From NCBI GenBank assembly GCA_032718475.1, contig JAUCBJ010007915.1, positions 1 to 52,670 on the forward strand: 52,670 nt of DNA, read 5' to 3'. Each line of letters begins with the position of its first letter. The first letter of the stretch is position 1. The notes under the pieces are model-generated. The model was not told the DNA's origin. It ran no database searches and was given only the letters and a program-made list of their open reading frames with translations. Below are positions 25,349 through 36,948 of the stretch, piece after piece. The stretch comes from Nemertoderma westbladi. Lineage: Eukaryota > Animalia > Xenacoelomorpha. The position numbers and the translations under genes were made by a program.

Positions 25349-28300
25349 TCACGTGGGGGAGTCCCTAGATGTTTGAGGAATTAGGGAGGTGGTCGTGGGA
25401 AGAGTGTCTTGCCTTCCATAGTTTCCAGAGAGTTCTCTGTCTCTTTCCAGTAAACATAAACGACCAACTGGGCGATTGAGTTGTTGCGTCTCAAAGATTA
25501 TGCCTGGCTTCTTGAAGTTACGCCGCATGACGACAAGTTCTACTGAGCGCACTAAACCATCATCCGAGATGTGAGTTTCGATGATACGACCTGTCTGCCA
25601 CCGTTTACGTGGGAGGTCTGGATCTACAATAAGCACCATATCTCCGGCGCTGACGTTTTCTTGCTGCGCAAACCACTTAGTTCGAAGTTGTAGCGTGGGC
25701 AGATAATGTTTCTCGAAATGGTCAGCGAAACGACGGGATAGCAACTGCATAAGTTGCCAAGTTCGACGGCAGTATTCGTCTCCGTCGGCAATCTCCGATC
25801 GTGGGAGCATGGCTACAGGTTTCTTCAGTAGGAAGTGCGCGGGTGTTAGCGCTTCTAAGGAATCGGGACTCGATGAGACTGGCATAAGCGGTCTCTCGTT
25901 GAGATAGGCAGCTATTTCCTCCATTAACGTCCGCAAAAGTTCGTCGGTGAGATACGCGCGGCATGGCACTATAAAGTGAAATGCGGTTTTGACACTTCGA
26001 ATTAATCTCTCCCAACTTCCTCCCCACCAAGGGGCGTCGGCGGCGTTGAAGGTCCAGCTAGACGCTGTTATCCTTAGCTGGTCGTCCACCTGTCTTTGGT
26101 TCCAGTCCTTCACGTAAGCCTGTATTTCGTTGTTGGCACCAATGAAGTTCGTTCCCTTATCCGATCTCATGGTATTACTCGTCCCGAAGCGAGCGATCTG
26201 TCGTCGTAAACTTAAGACGAAGCTGTTGGTAGATAGATCGTTCACCATATCGAGATGGATGGCTCTACAAGTCATGCACACGAAGATGACACACCATCTC
26301 TTGACTATAGTCCTAGCACGATATACTTCAATAGGGCCAAATAAATCTACACCAGTATTAGTAAAAGGTGGTTCATAGAAGCTTACTCGTTCCCTAGGTA
26401 ATTCTGCCTCTCGCTGTGTTAAAGGCCTACTGAATGCTTTCCTACAGGGTATGCAGTTCCTAAGAACTTGGTTCAGAGCTCTACGGGGTTTATCAAAATA
26501 ATAGCGAGTTCGAATTTCGCTAAGAATTCGTTCTCTACCAGCTTTACTTTACTGTGAACATCTACAATCATCTTGATTTGTACTTCAAGATTTCTAATAA
26601 GTATGGGGAATTTGGTGTCAAAGGATAAGGGCGCATTGGTGAGTCTTCCTCCAACACGTATTAGCCCATCTATCATTGTGCTCGAGAATCGATCCCTTAA
26701 GCGCATCTGCGGATTTCTCAACAACAGGAAATACTTTTCGGAATCCTCATAGCATTGCAGGAGTCTCAATATCTGCTTATTGGTTTCTTCATGCTCCTGG
26801 TGACTAATTTTCTCCTTTAGAAAACGGTCAGATGTCTTATATTTGGGTAAATTTGTAATAACATGAACTTGTGCAGATGTCAATGGAGCGTTATCACTAG
26901 TGGTCTTCGTCCTGGAGTAGTGATGATGAAAACATCGTCTTAAATATGTGACGGCTTTACAAAGCCGATTCCAGGAACTGTAATGATGCATTGCTCTCTG
27001 CAGCATGGGTGAGATTCCTTGCGAGACGTCTGGTATTCCAGATTTCCAATCTCTATCTCTAATTTCCACAACAGACTTATTTGTGTTGAGGGATTGTGGA
27101 TCCGAAGCATCATTCCCGGAAGTATGTAATACAGATAGATCGATAGTCGGTTTAAATAACTTCGATTTACTCGCCCGGGTTTTAGGTTTGACTGTCTCCG
27201 CTCCCTTGGCTTGTCTAATCTCTGCCGTAGTAAGGTGAGGAGGCCATTCATCCTCTTCCTTGCTCAGGAAGTCGGGTCCACCCAACCAATCTGGAGTATC
27301 TATCAGTTCCTGTGGAGTTGCTCCCCTGGAGGCGATATCGGCTGGATTAATCGTACCAGGGCAATGTCTCCATTGATCTATCTTTGTGCGACTAAGAATA
27401 ATAGCTACTCTGTTAGTAACAAAAACGCTGAACTGACAGACTTCATTGGTTAGATACTCCAACACGAGTAAAGCGTCGGTCCAATAAACCGTTTTCTCCA
27501 GTGGATAGTCGATTTGTTCCGTTACGTTCCGGCCGATGGCTGTAGCGTATAAAGCCGCCTTTAACTCCGCTCGAGGAACCTTTAACTTGTTGTTAATCAA
27601 TGCCTTAGAGGTAACCAAGGCGACTTTGATTCCATCCGGAGTTTCGACTCGCAGATATGCTACTATACCTATTCCCATGTCGCTGGCGTCTCCAAACACA
27701 TGGAGTTGATAAGAATACGTAGGAAGAACATGGCCAAAATATGCACGGGAAATTATAAAGTTCTCGATGGCAGGTAGAGAATCTTCCCATTTCATCCATT
27801 TCTTTAACAATTCTCCCTTAAGCGGATCGTCCCATGAGTGGTTTTCAAGCCACATTTGTTGCACTAAACTCCGAGCAATCAATATAACTGGGCTAATAAA
27901 TCCCAATGGGTCGAAATAAGTGCTCAGGATACTTAAACAAATCCGTTTGGTCCGAACTGGATTATCTCGCTGTTTTAACTGAAAAAACAGGATGTCTCTT
28001 TCAGTGTCCCACTTCAAGCCTAGTGTCTTGGTTTCAGGAAGATCGTCCTTTATTAAGTCTAGGTCCTTCGTTCCTCGGTCTTCTACCGGTATGGCTTCCA
28101 GAAACTCACGGGAGTTGCTAGTGAATTTCGTCAGTCGAAATCCACCTCTTTTCAAACACTCTACCGTTCCTTTCGCGACAGCTATGGCTTCTTCTACTGA
28201 TGGAAGGGACCTTAAATTGTCGTCCATGTATATATTACGTTTTATGTTGTCTATCACTTCCTTTGAGAAGGAGTCTCGGTTGTCATTCGCAGTGGTTCGC

Positions 28301-31300
28301 ACCACGTAGCAGGCGTTGGAAGGGCTTGATATGATTCCAAAAGCCTGGATGGTCATCCAGTACTCTACCGGTTTCTGATTGAGGTCTCCTTCAGGCCACC
28401 ACAGAAATCTCAGGCTGTCTCTATCTCTATCCAGCGCCTTGACTTGTAAGAACATTCCTTCTATATCGGAGGCGAACGCGATGGAATATTGTCTTAATCT
28501 CAAAAGTATTCCCAACAAAGATTGGAGTAAGTTGGGTCCTGGTAACAACTCGGAATTGAGGGATTGGCCCATATATAGGGCGGAGCCATCGAATACGACT
28601 CGTACTTCGTGGGGTTTACCGGGTTTGGGAACGTAATGATGTGTTAAGTAATACGTTCTCTCAGTCACTGGTGTTCCTTCCGGTACTCGCTCCGCGTATC
28701 CCTTTGTTATAAATTTCTTCAGCTGAGTTTGGTACATTTCTTTCGCTGAAGCATTAGCTGTAAGGCGTCGATGTAATTGAGCGATTCTTTTCTCTGCCAA
28801 GGGTCTGTTATTTATAAATCTAGGTTCTCGTTTTCGAAATGGTAGGCCGATTTCATATCTACCTTGATCCTTTAAAAAACGTGTAGTTGTTTCCTGGATT
28901 TGCTTGGCTCTTTCTTCTTCTATCGATAGAGCCTTATCATATGAATTGGGCTCTACCAGTTCCTGAGTAAAGAATCGTACGGCTAGTTCGTCCCGAGTTC
29001 TAGCGTTGTAGCGCTCTATCTCATCGTTTAGTTCGTCATTGTAAGCGATGGGTTCCGATGGGCGAATCAGTTGACATAGGTTCACCTGATTTTTCCAAGT
29101 TTGGTTTTCTGTAAGTAGGTCGATTGTGTTCTCTTCATCGAAGAGTTGGTAGATGTCATCATTATCTGAGGAGTATGGTGTTCCCTCAGTTAGTTCGTCC
29201 ACCTCACTGCTCTCCACTTCCCAATCGTTTACTTGGTATATTTGTTCTTGTGGCATTCTCTCTTCGAGAGTCCTGCGGGAAGGGCCAGTAAAGTACCAAC
29301 CTACTCTAGTTCTTACCGCATAGGTTTGCAGTGGCTGCGGTTGAGCAGGTCGTTTCTCTAATGTTTCGAGCGCCTCGTGCGCGTTTTGGCCGATGAGTAT
29401 TTGCACTCCAGGATAATCTGTCTGGAATCGAGGTATCTTAAGATGTTGGATGCTCTCATCCTCGTCCCAATTATAAAGGTCTGCTTGAGTAGTAGCGAAG
29501 TTCTTTATAGCCACCATTTTTACCGACCTTATACCTTGTGCTCCTAACTTATCCTGGGGGGTGGACAACACACCTACATAGTAGTCTGCCGTTAGGGTAG
29601 ATTTCCAAACCTGCATAATTCCTGACATATTCAATTTAGTCCGGAATTTGGGTTGTCCAGCAAAGATATCTTCGGCTAATTCTTGATCGATGAATGTTCC
29701 TGTGCTGCCGGAGTCAAGGAGTGCGTTCACTATGTAACTGTGGTTAGGACCGTGAACTCTTACCGGCACTACAGGAAATTCTCTGATTCCTACGTTGGAA
29801 GTTGGAACTTTCCAAGATGGTTGTTTGGCAAAAGTAGTTGGGGGAAACTCATTGTTGGTGTCCTTTTCATAAGTAAGTGCTCGATACACTGCGGTATTGA
29901 TTAGATAACAGGATTCGTTGGCGTCGGAGAATTCGTCAGTATAGAATCCTTCCATCTCAGATTCTTGATCAGTGTCGTTTACATCACTGAATTGGACATG
30001 TAGTTCGGGCTCACTTACCTGACTCTGTTTGTCTCGTTCGAACTCACTGTGTAACAAGATGTGATGTTTCGCGCCACACTTTGCACACTTTATGTCGGAG
30101 TAACAGGTTCGCCGTTGGTGTCCTGGTCTGAGGCAATTATAGCATAACCGCTTATCCCATACGACTGCACGTCTGTCTACAAGGGATTTCTTTAGAAATT
30201 CAGCACACGCACTCAAACGGTGGGTACCGTCGCACAGCGCACAGTTAGGTTTTATGTTACTCACTTTACCTTGGGTAAACTGATGCACTCTCGTTCTTTC
30301 TTCGGGTTTTCTTCGGTGCATTCTGTTAGGAGACTGAGGAGGGGTCTTGGCAACCTGTTCTCTCCTATCGTTGTTTCGAGCCTTATATTTACTTACATCT
30401 TTTGAGGTTTTGTCAACGTAGTAAGATCTCTCAGTGTCTTTCCCGCTGTCCTCTTCCTGAGAAGCTTGGCTTTCGCCGTCGTCAGTGTAACACACCGGTG
30501 TTACTCTTCTCCTAGAAGCGGGTTTCTCACTTACCTTATTTTCCGATGTTTTCTCTCTGGACTGCTTGATGAGTTGTAGTTTTACCTCACCATCTAAGAA
30601 GGACATGAGATCAGCCATGGTAGGGCTTCGTCGTTGTTGTTCATTCATGTACAACACTTTCTTGTCCCAGCGTGTACATACTCCACCCTTTGGTAAAGTA
30701 GAGACTACTGCTCCAATAACCATGGAACTCTGATATTCATGAGACTTACCTAACCAATCCAATTGTCTACAGATCTCTTGAATCTCATCGGAAAACTCTA
30801 TAATCCCGCTACTAAGGAAGTGTCGGGGGGCTACTAATTTGGCATACAAATACTTAGCTATGTTATCCTTGTTACCATACCTGATGTTTAATGTATCCCA
30901 AACTTGTCTTAATCCTTCTGGATGTCCAATAAACTTTAACGCCATTAACTTGGGAGGTCCTTCCAAGCACTTGATGAGGAACCTAAGTTTCTCTCCGTTA
31001 GATAGTACAGAGTTCTGTATGCTATCTTTGTAATATTCATTGAAAGGTAACCATTTCATCTCATCTCCATTGAATTTAACGATCTCTCCCACTTTGACCG
31101 CTTGGCGGGCTTCTGTTCTAGCCATCTGAGGCGTAAAGCTTTCTTGGGCCATCGTGTTATTTAATATCGAATTATCGTTATATAAATTTCTCGGATCATT
31201 GTCAGGTCTATAGGGAATATCATTAATAACAGGTCTATAATCACCCTTAATAGGGTTTGCTATAGGAGTTTCTACTTCACTAGCAGTATAGATGCGTGTA

Positions 31301-33453
31301 GGCTCCACACCTTCCGCATGTAATACTTCAGACCTAACAGGTTGACACAATGTTACAGGGGGTATTGGTATGCCTTTTTGTATATTGACTAATTTGTCGC
31401 GTTCCAGTGCGATACTTTGCTGCACTTCTTGCAACTCTGCCCTACCTTCCCTTACTGTTCCCTTAAGCTGGTGGACAGTCTCCTGCATCTGTCCGAGCAG
31501 GAGATTCATCCCCCGCCGTCCCTCCTCTACCCACTCAACCGCCGAAGCGGGAGTCGCCAACATTGTAGCGGGCTGACGCGGGACGACGGGAGACAAATCT
31601 TTGATTTCTCTCTCAGCTTCCAGGACAGGGATATTCTCATGGACTGTTCTACCGGCTACAGGCAGTGTAGTACTATGTAAAGGGAATTTAGAGTTAAGCT
31701 CTGGAAGTACAGGAGTTTCTAGCACAGGGGTGACTTTGGGAATGACAGGCCTAATTATTTCAGGCTCATCAACTATAGTAGGGAGTCTTTTGACCTTAAT
31801 AATTTGGTCTGTAGGTTCTATACTACTTAAGTCCGTGCTAGCTAGTTGTCTTCTAACAGCTGGGGGCAAATCAGGCAATTTGTGACGGTGAGATGTTTTT
31901 CTACACCTGCTTAGACGAGATCTATTTCCTCCGCCTTCAGGATCGGTGGTTTCGCTTTCTTCCGATGATGTGTATCCCTGGCGTTTGGGAGTAGATTTTC
32001 TCATCATCTGCATGTGACTAGCAGTTAACTGTTTATTTATGTTGTCTTGCGTCTCTTGCAGATTTTCCAACTCCAGTTGGGTAGTCTCCTCAGACGCTCT
32101 CCGTTCTGCTTCTGCCACTGCCTTTGCTGCCTTTCTTTCCACTTCTGCTTCTGCCATTGCCGCTGCTACTGCTGCTGTCTTTCTTTCCACTTCTGCTTCT
32201 GCCATTGCCGCTGCCGCTGCTGCTGCCTTTCGGTCCACTTCTGCTTCTGCCATTACCGCTGCTACTGCTGCCGCCTTTCGTTCCTCAATCCGTCTTTTCT
32301 TTACTTGTTCTTCTTGGACTCTAGTGAGGCGGAGTTTTTCATCAAATTCAGCTTGGTTAGCAGCTAACATTTCAGCATCGATTGAGTCTAACACACGCTG
32401 GGTTCCTTCACTATTAGGGGAAAGTCCAGACAGCCGTCTCCTCAACTCTTTGTCTCCTAGGAATCGCTGATAGTCGGACAGATAAATGTCTATGGCGTCT
32501 CTCGTTCGTGGTCTCTCTGCGGTCTCTTCGCCTTCCACTCGAGAAAGGGTGGCATCGGTTGGTTCTTCATAGGTTAGTCTCTCAGACAGCTGGGATTTCC
32601 ACTGGTCCGTTTCTTGTACTTTGAGACCTACCCGCTGGAACCAAGTTTTGACAGCAACCTGCAGCGACGTGTCCTGTCTTCTTTTGGAAGTTTCCTCAAA
32701 AGCTGATAGGATTAGTCGAATGCGTAGGGTTCTTTCGCGTACTTGGTATAGCAGTTCTTCCTGCTCTTGAGGTCCTTGGGGTTGTCGAAACAGTTGTTCT
32801 TCTAATCGCTCTAAGGAGCCGAAGAATCCCTGCACATATCCTGCTGCCGACCTCTTCCAAACAGCTGGATCCATCGTATCTTTAGCCACTCCCATCCTGT
32901 GTATATCTTCCCAAGTAGCCTCGGACAGATCTAACGGGAGTCCGGGTCCGGGAAAGTTCCATTGTGACTCGACAATAGACATCAATTCTTCCCTGGCGTA
33001 TCCCGCATAATTATCTTGGGTCGCTCGCTTATTTCTCGCCCAATCGGCTTGATGTTCTTCCACCGCAATCAATATAGTAGTTAGCACTGCGGCAGGAAGG
33101 GTGAGAAGGGGGTCCGAGTAGGCTTTAGCCGCCATCTGCAATCCGCGTTCGGGGGTCAGCTCGACAGTATCCGAATTACTGGAGCTATCGGATCGCTGGG
33201 AACAAGTTTCTTGACTAGGCTGTTGCTGCTGTGGGACAGCTGCTTCCTGGTTCCGTTTGACTTGGGCCCGAGTGCCGATGATAGACCTACGGTGTTGGAT
33301 TAGCTTAGGGTCTGATACTTCTACTGGAGGGATGACCTTTCTTTCAGTAGGAGGTGAGCTGAACTCCTTTCTTAATCGCTCCACACTCCTATCTGTGTCA
33401 CAGATGGTTGTATCGATTAGACTGTCTGATAGGTTTTGCTGGGTGTCAGACAT
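25349..33453 (-). CDS. Element C Gag-Pol polyprotein (Gag, aspartic protease, RT, RNase H, integrase), single frameshift near 26545
   Basis: Triple Gag knuckle CALC..H..C / CYNC..GH..C / CAKC..HH; LLDSGS protease; RT VRVVFDGS, SDIEGMF, YMDD (28219-28230); RNase H LHVFGDAS, VPRAEL; integrase GVDLFGP, RSDKGTNF, GGSWERLIRSVK; YLPTLQLRTKW. Confidence 0.95.
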
Positions 33454-34765
33454 GTTTAGCTATACAGTTGAATGCTTACTGCTATAGTTACAGTTAAAGC
33501 AAGTCTAGTAATTCAGTATGACCGTTGGCTTAGTACCGGTAATTTATTGCAGTATATTAGAATACCGGTATGCACTTATAATTTATATAAGTATTGTAAA
33601 CTAGGTTTATCACAGAGTACCGGTATATAAATTTAGCACAAATATATAAATATATAATAGGCCTATCGTGAATACCGGTATACAGCTTACACTTATAGTA
33701 TATATAAGTATAATTATGGACTAGAATTAATTACAGAGTACCGGTATGATTTCAGCTCAAATTTATAGAAATAAATATAATAAGCTTATGGTAAATACCG
33801 GTATGTCAATTATTTTAGAATAATTGAATTTCTGAATATTTTAGGGTTACTTGGTTACTTTAACTTACTTTATTACCGTTATTTAAGCAGTAGTCCAACT
33901 GATATTGAGACCTAGTTGTTGTATGGCAGGCCTACTATTTATAAATCGTTTGAGTTGATTTATAATAGATATATACCCGTTTAAAAGGGGTTTTGTCAAT
34001 ATTTGAAATAAATGTTATTATTTCTGGGGGAGTCACTACACAGAAGCTGTGCGCTCTCAGTGAAGTGCTACCTATGGGACACTAAAACAGATAATTCTAA
34101 TTTACCTAAGTTACTTAATACTACAAATTGCTTACGATACGGGTGAGATTAAATCTCTAATTAAACACAACAAAATATTACGTACGAATTTTTAGGGTAA
34201 TTTTACAGGAAGTCTACAAACCAGTCTAACAAAGGGTTAGAATTCGGTTTATTACAACGGACAGGGTACTATGGTATTTGAAAATAATAAGTAGTAGTAA
34301 ATATATTGCACTGTCCAGATAGGAAAATACCACCGCCTGACAACCTATAGCCGTATCGCTATAGGTACTACGTTATGTATCACGGAGTGTTCCTACCTAG
34401 AAGTTAATTATCGCGGACTACCAGATCCAACGTGCCTATTAACCACTTTACAACACAAATATACTGCCTACACACTAATTACTTTCGGAAAGCACTGTAC
34501 ACTAAACCCTAAATTAGGTACAAGTACTGGTACAACAAATAATCAGTAGTTAAATATACTTGAACAGTTAAAAGAACCACGGCATCTGCTGGAGTGACCG
34601 AAGCACAAAGTCACCAGTCTTTTCCTACGCCAAGCAGCCCGTGTAGTACCGGGGTTAATTTAACTATAACGGTATGTGTAACAAACACAATTACTGTAGG
34701 AATAAACTTGGGGACATGAATGTTGCGAATAATCGCATAAACTCTGAATAATATATATTACGCTA

Positions 34766-35335
34766 CCCGTACAGAATACTCAAACAAAATACAAACCAAA
34801 CGCTGGCAGACTACCACCAAGCCTAAATAAACTACAGTATGTGCAGATTCCAAAATGGTTAGTTAGTATGCGTTCTAACACGGTAGTACGACTTATTCTT
34901 TAAGAGGGGATTGACCTTACAGCTATGGCTGCCCCAACTTACTAACTGGCACTCTATCGGACAAACTCTACACACGCAGCAATCTCTTCAGACCTAATAA
35001 TAGCTAGACAACAATCCAGCCTACAAAATATCTGAGTAATAACTATTACGGTACCTGAACAGACCACACAAACAAACACAGGCCAAAACGTTGGCAGAAT
35101 ACTGTCAAGACTAAATAAACTACAGTATGTGCAGATTCCAAAATGGTTAGTTAGTATGCGTTCTAACACGGTAGTACGACTTATTCTTTAAGAGGGGATT
35201 GACCTTACAGCTATGGCTGCCCCAACTTACTAACTGGCACTCTATCGGACAAACTCTACACATGCAGTAATCTCTCCAAACCCAACAACAATCCGACAAC
35301 AGTCCGGCCTACAATTATCTGAACAATCTGAGCAG
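34766..35335. repeat. 288-bp tandem duplication in the leader of element C
   Basis: agttagtatgcgttctaacacgg... starts at 34861 and at 35149. Confidence 0.9.
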
Positions 35336-35494
35336 ACTTACACGTCTTCAGCTCAATATTAACTTACATGTAAATAAAACTGACAGAAATAAGTAAGCTC
35401 CAAAAGAAACAAGGGGTGTACAGTCCCTAATCTCTTAAACAGCCTACCGGTATGCAATAATCAAATCGAATAATACTAATGTACTTATACTGGA

Positions 35495-35618
35495 AGTACC
35501 GGTTAGGACAGTTGGGCCTACGGACCTACAGAAGTACCGGTTCTGGCAGTTGGACCTACGGACCTACAGCAGTACCGGTTCTGGCAGTTGGGCCTACTGA
35601 CCTACAGAAGTACCGGTT
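35495..35618. repeat. 38-bp tandem repeat (~3.3 copies) with ACCGGT palindrome core near C's PBS
   Basis: agtaccggtt....cagttgg.cctac.gacctacag repeated at ~35495, 35533 and 35571. Confidence 0.8.
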
Positions 35619-35673
35619 CAGTTTTACCGGTCGACCGGTACTTTCAACTTTATTGCTTACTGCAATAAAGTCA

Positions 35674-35684
35674 ATAACTGTTAT
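35674..35684 (-). promoter_or_regulatory. Non-tRNA PBS of element C (ATAACAGTTAT), complementary to LTR 36436-36446
   Basis: Abuts the 5' LTR and lacks TGG. Plus-strand ataactgttat is the reverse complement of ataacagttat at 36436-36446 (and at 21689-21699 in the other LTR). Confidence 0.65.
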
Positions 35685-36943
35685 TGTACGCGCTTTTGAA
35701 GACCTTTAGCAGTTTAACCTGCCAAAATTTATATGTCTTTTGGTTTATAAATAGACTTTAGAAGATGACAAATATTTAATACCAATAAACACAACATTAG
35801 CAGAAGCCAGCCTAGTGCGCGTCCATTCACCCGCTGGATATACCCGGGAGACTGGATTCTGAGGGCTTAGATTATTATTGCAGTGTAAGCTTACTGTACT
35901 GTATTATTCGATTGATCGTTAATAAATAATTTCTGACTAATATTATTCACTTTCGGGAAATATTAACAGTTCCTTTAGGACGTGGCGCTCTATCTAGGTA
36001 AACAGAGATATGACTTATACTAATCACAACGGCAAGTCGGTAAGGCTTATGATTCACGTATGAGGCGCATTCTTTAGGAAATGCTTAGTTATCAATCATA
36101 ATCATGCACACTACCGGTAACACACAATACTGCCCACTAATTTGCCGACCGTCAATGATTTTTATCATATATAAAGAGAACAGCAACGGACCAATGTAGT
36201 GCTTATCAAATAGCATTAAATTCACTACATACACAATAATATAAGTCGCAATCGCTATATATAACCCGTCTCTCTAACCTGTAGTGTATCAAGAAAATTG
36301 GGAAATTTGGGTTCTTTATAAATATTCTCCAAATAATATTCAACCAAACAATAGCAAATAGCAGTATAATAATGTATATTGAACCGATAATGTAAGACTG
36401 AATTGCGATCAGTTGATATGATTAGATAAGATATGATAACAGTTATACGCTCTATAATTTAAGCCTACTAATGTTTCTTCTAAAGTATGAAAACGAATTG
36501 ACTCTAGAGCCGGTGTTCCTGGCCTAGATAGCAACAACACAACAGTATCAAAAAACAGTAAGACTGAACACTCCTAGTATGATCGACCGAATATCTACAC
36601 ATCGACAGAAAAAATCGCTCTGATTGGCTCAAGCCAAACAAAGAACCATGCGTCCAATGGCTGTTTCCATGCCAGCAACCAGCTGCTAGATGTCGCAATC
36701 TGAATCATCACGGCTAAGCTGTGAAAGGTATTTGGTGCATTGCAGGTTTTTTGCCTTACCATGTCCGCCAAAACACGTATATAGCAGAATGACTTTTATG
36801 TCCGTTAAAACACCTATAACGGTACCTTGCGGGCGAGGAGAATATATATATAGTTATAGAGCCTTTTAGAGTATTCCAGCGCCTAGGGGGGAAACTGGAT
36901 TGCGAAGCAAAAGGGCCAGTTATATCCCACAGAAGCTTTTACA
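35685..36943 (-). repeat. 5' LTR of element C (1259 bp)
   Basis: Direct repeat of 20938-22196; TG...CA termini; minus-strand CCAAT box at 36616-36627. Confidence 0.96.
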
Positions 36944-36948
36944 GCCGT

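Larger units (their letters stand above)
20938..36943 (-). mobile_element. BEL/Pao LTR retrotransposon C (inner, young, ~16 kb)
   Basis: 1259-bp LTRs differing at only one position that I noticed; perfect 5-bp TSD GCCGT (20933-20937 and 36944-36948); long gag-pol ORF. Confidence 0.96.

Noticed and set aside
26130-33487. Numerous short plus-strand ORFs opposite gag-pol (and antisense ORFs in B)
   Set aside because: Shadow ORFs of long coding regions with no recognisable motifs.
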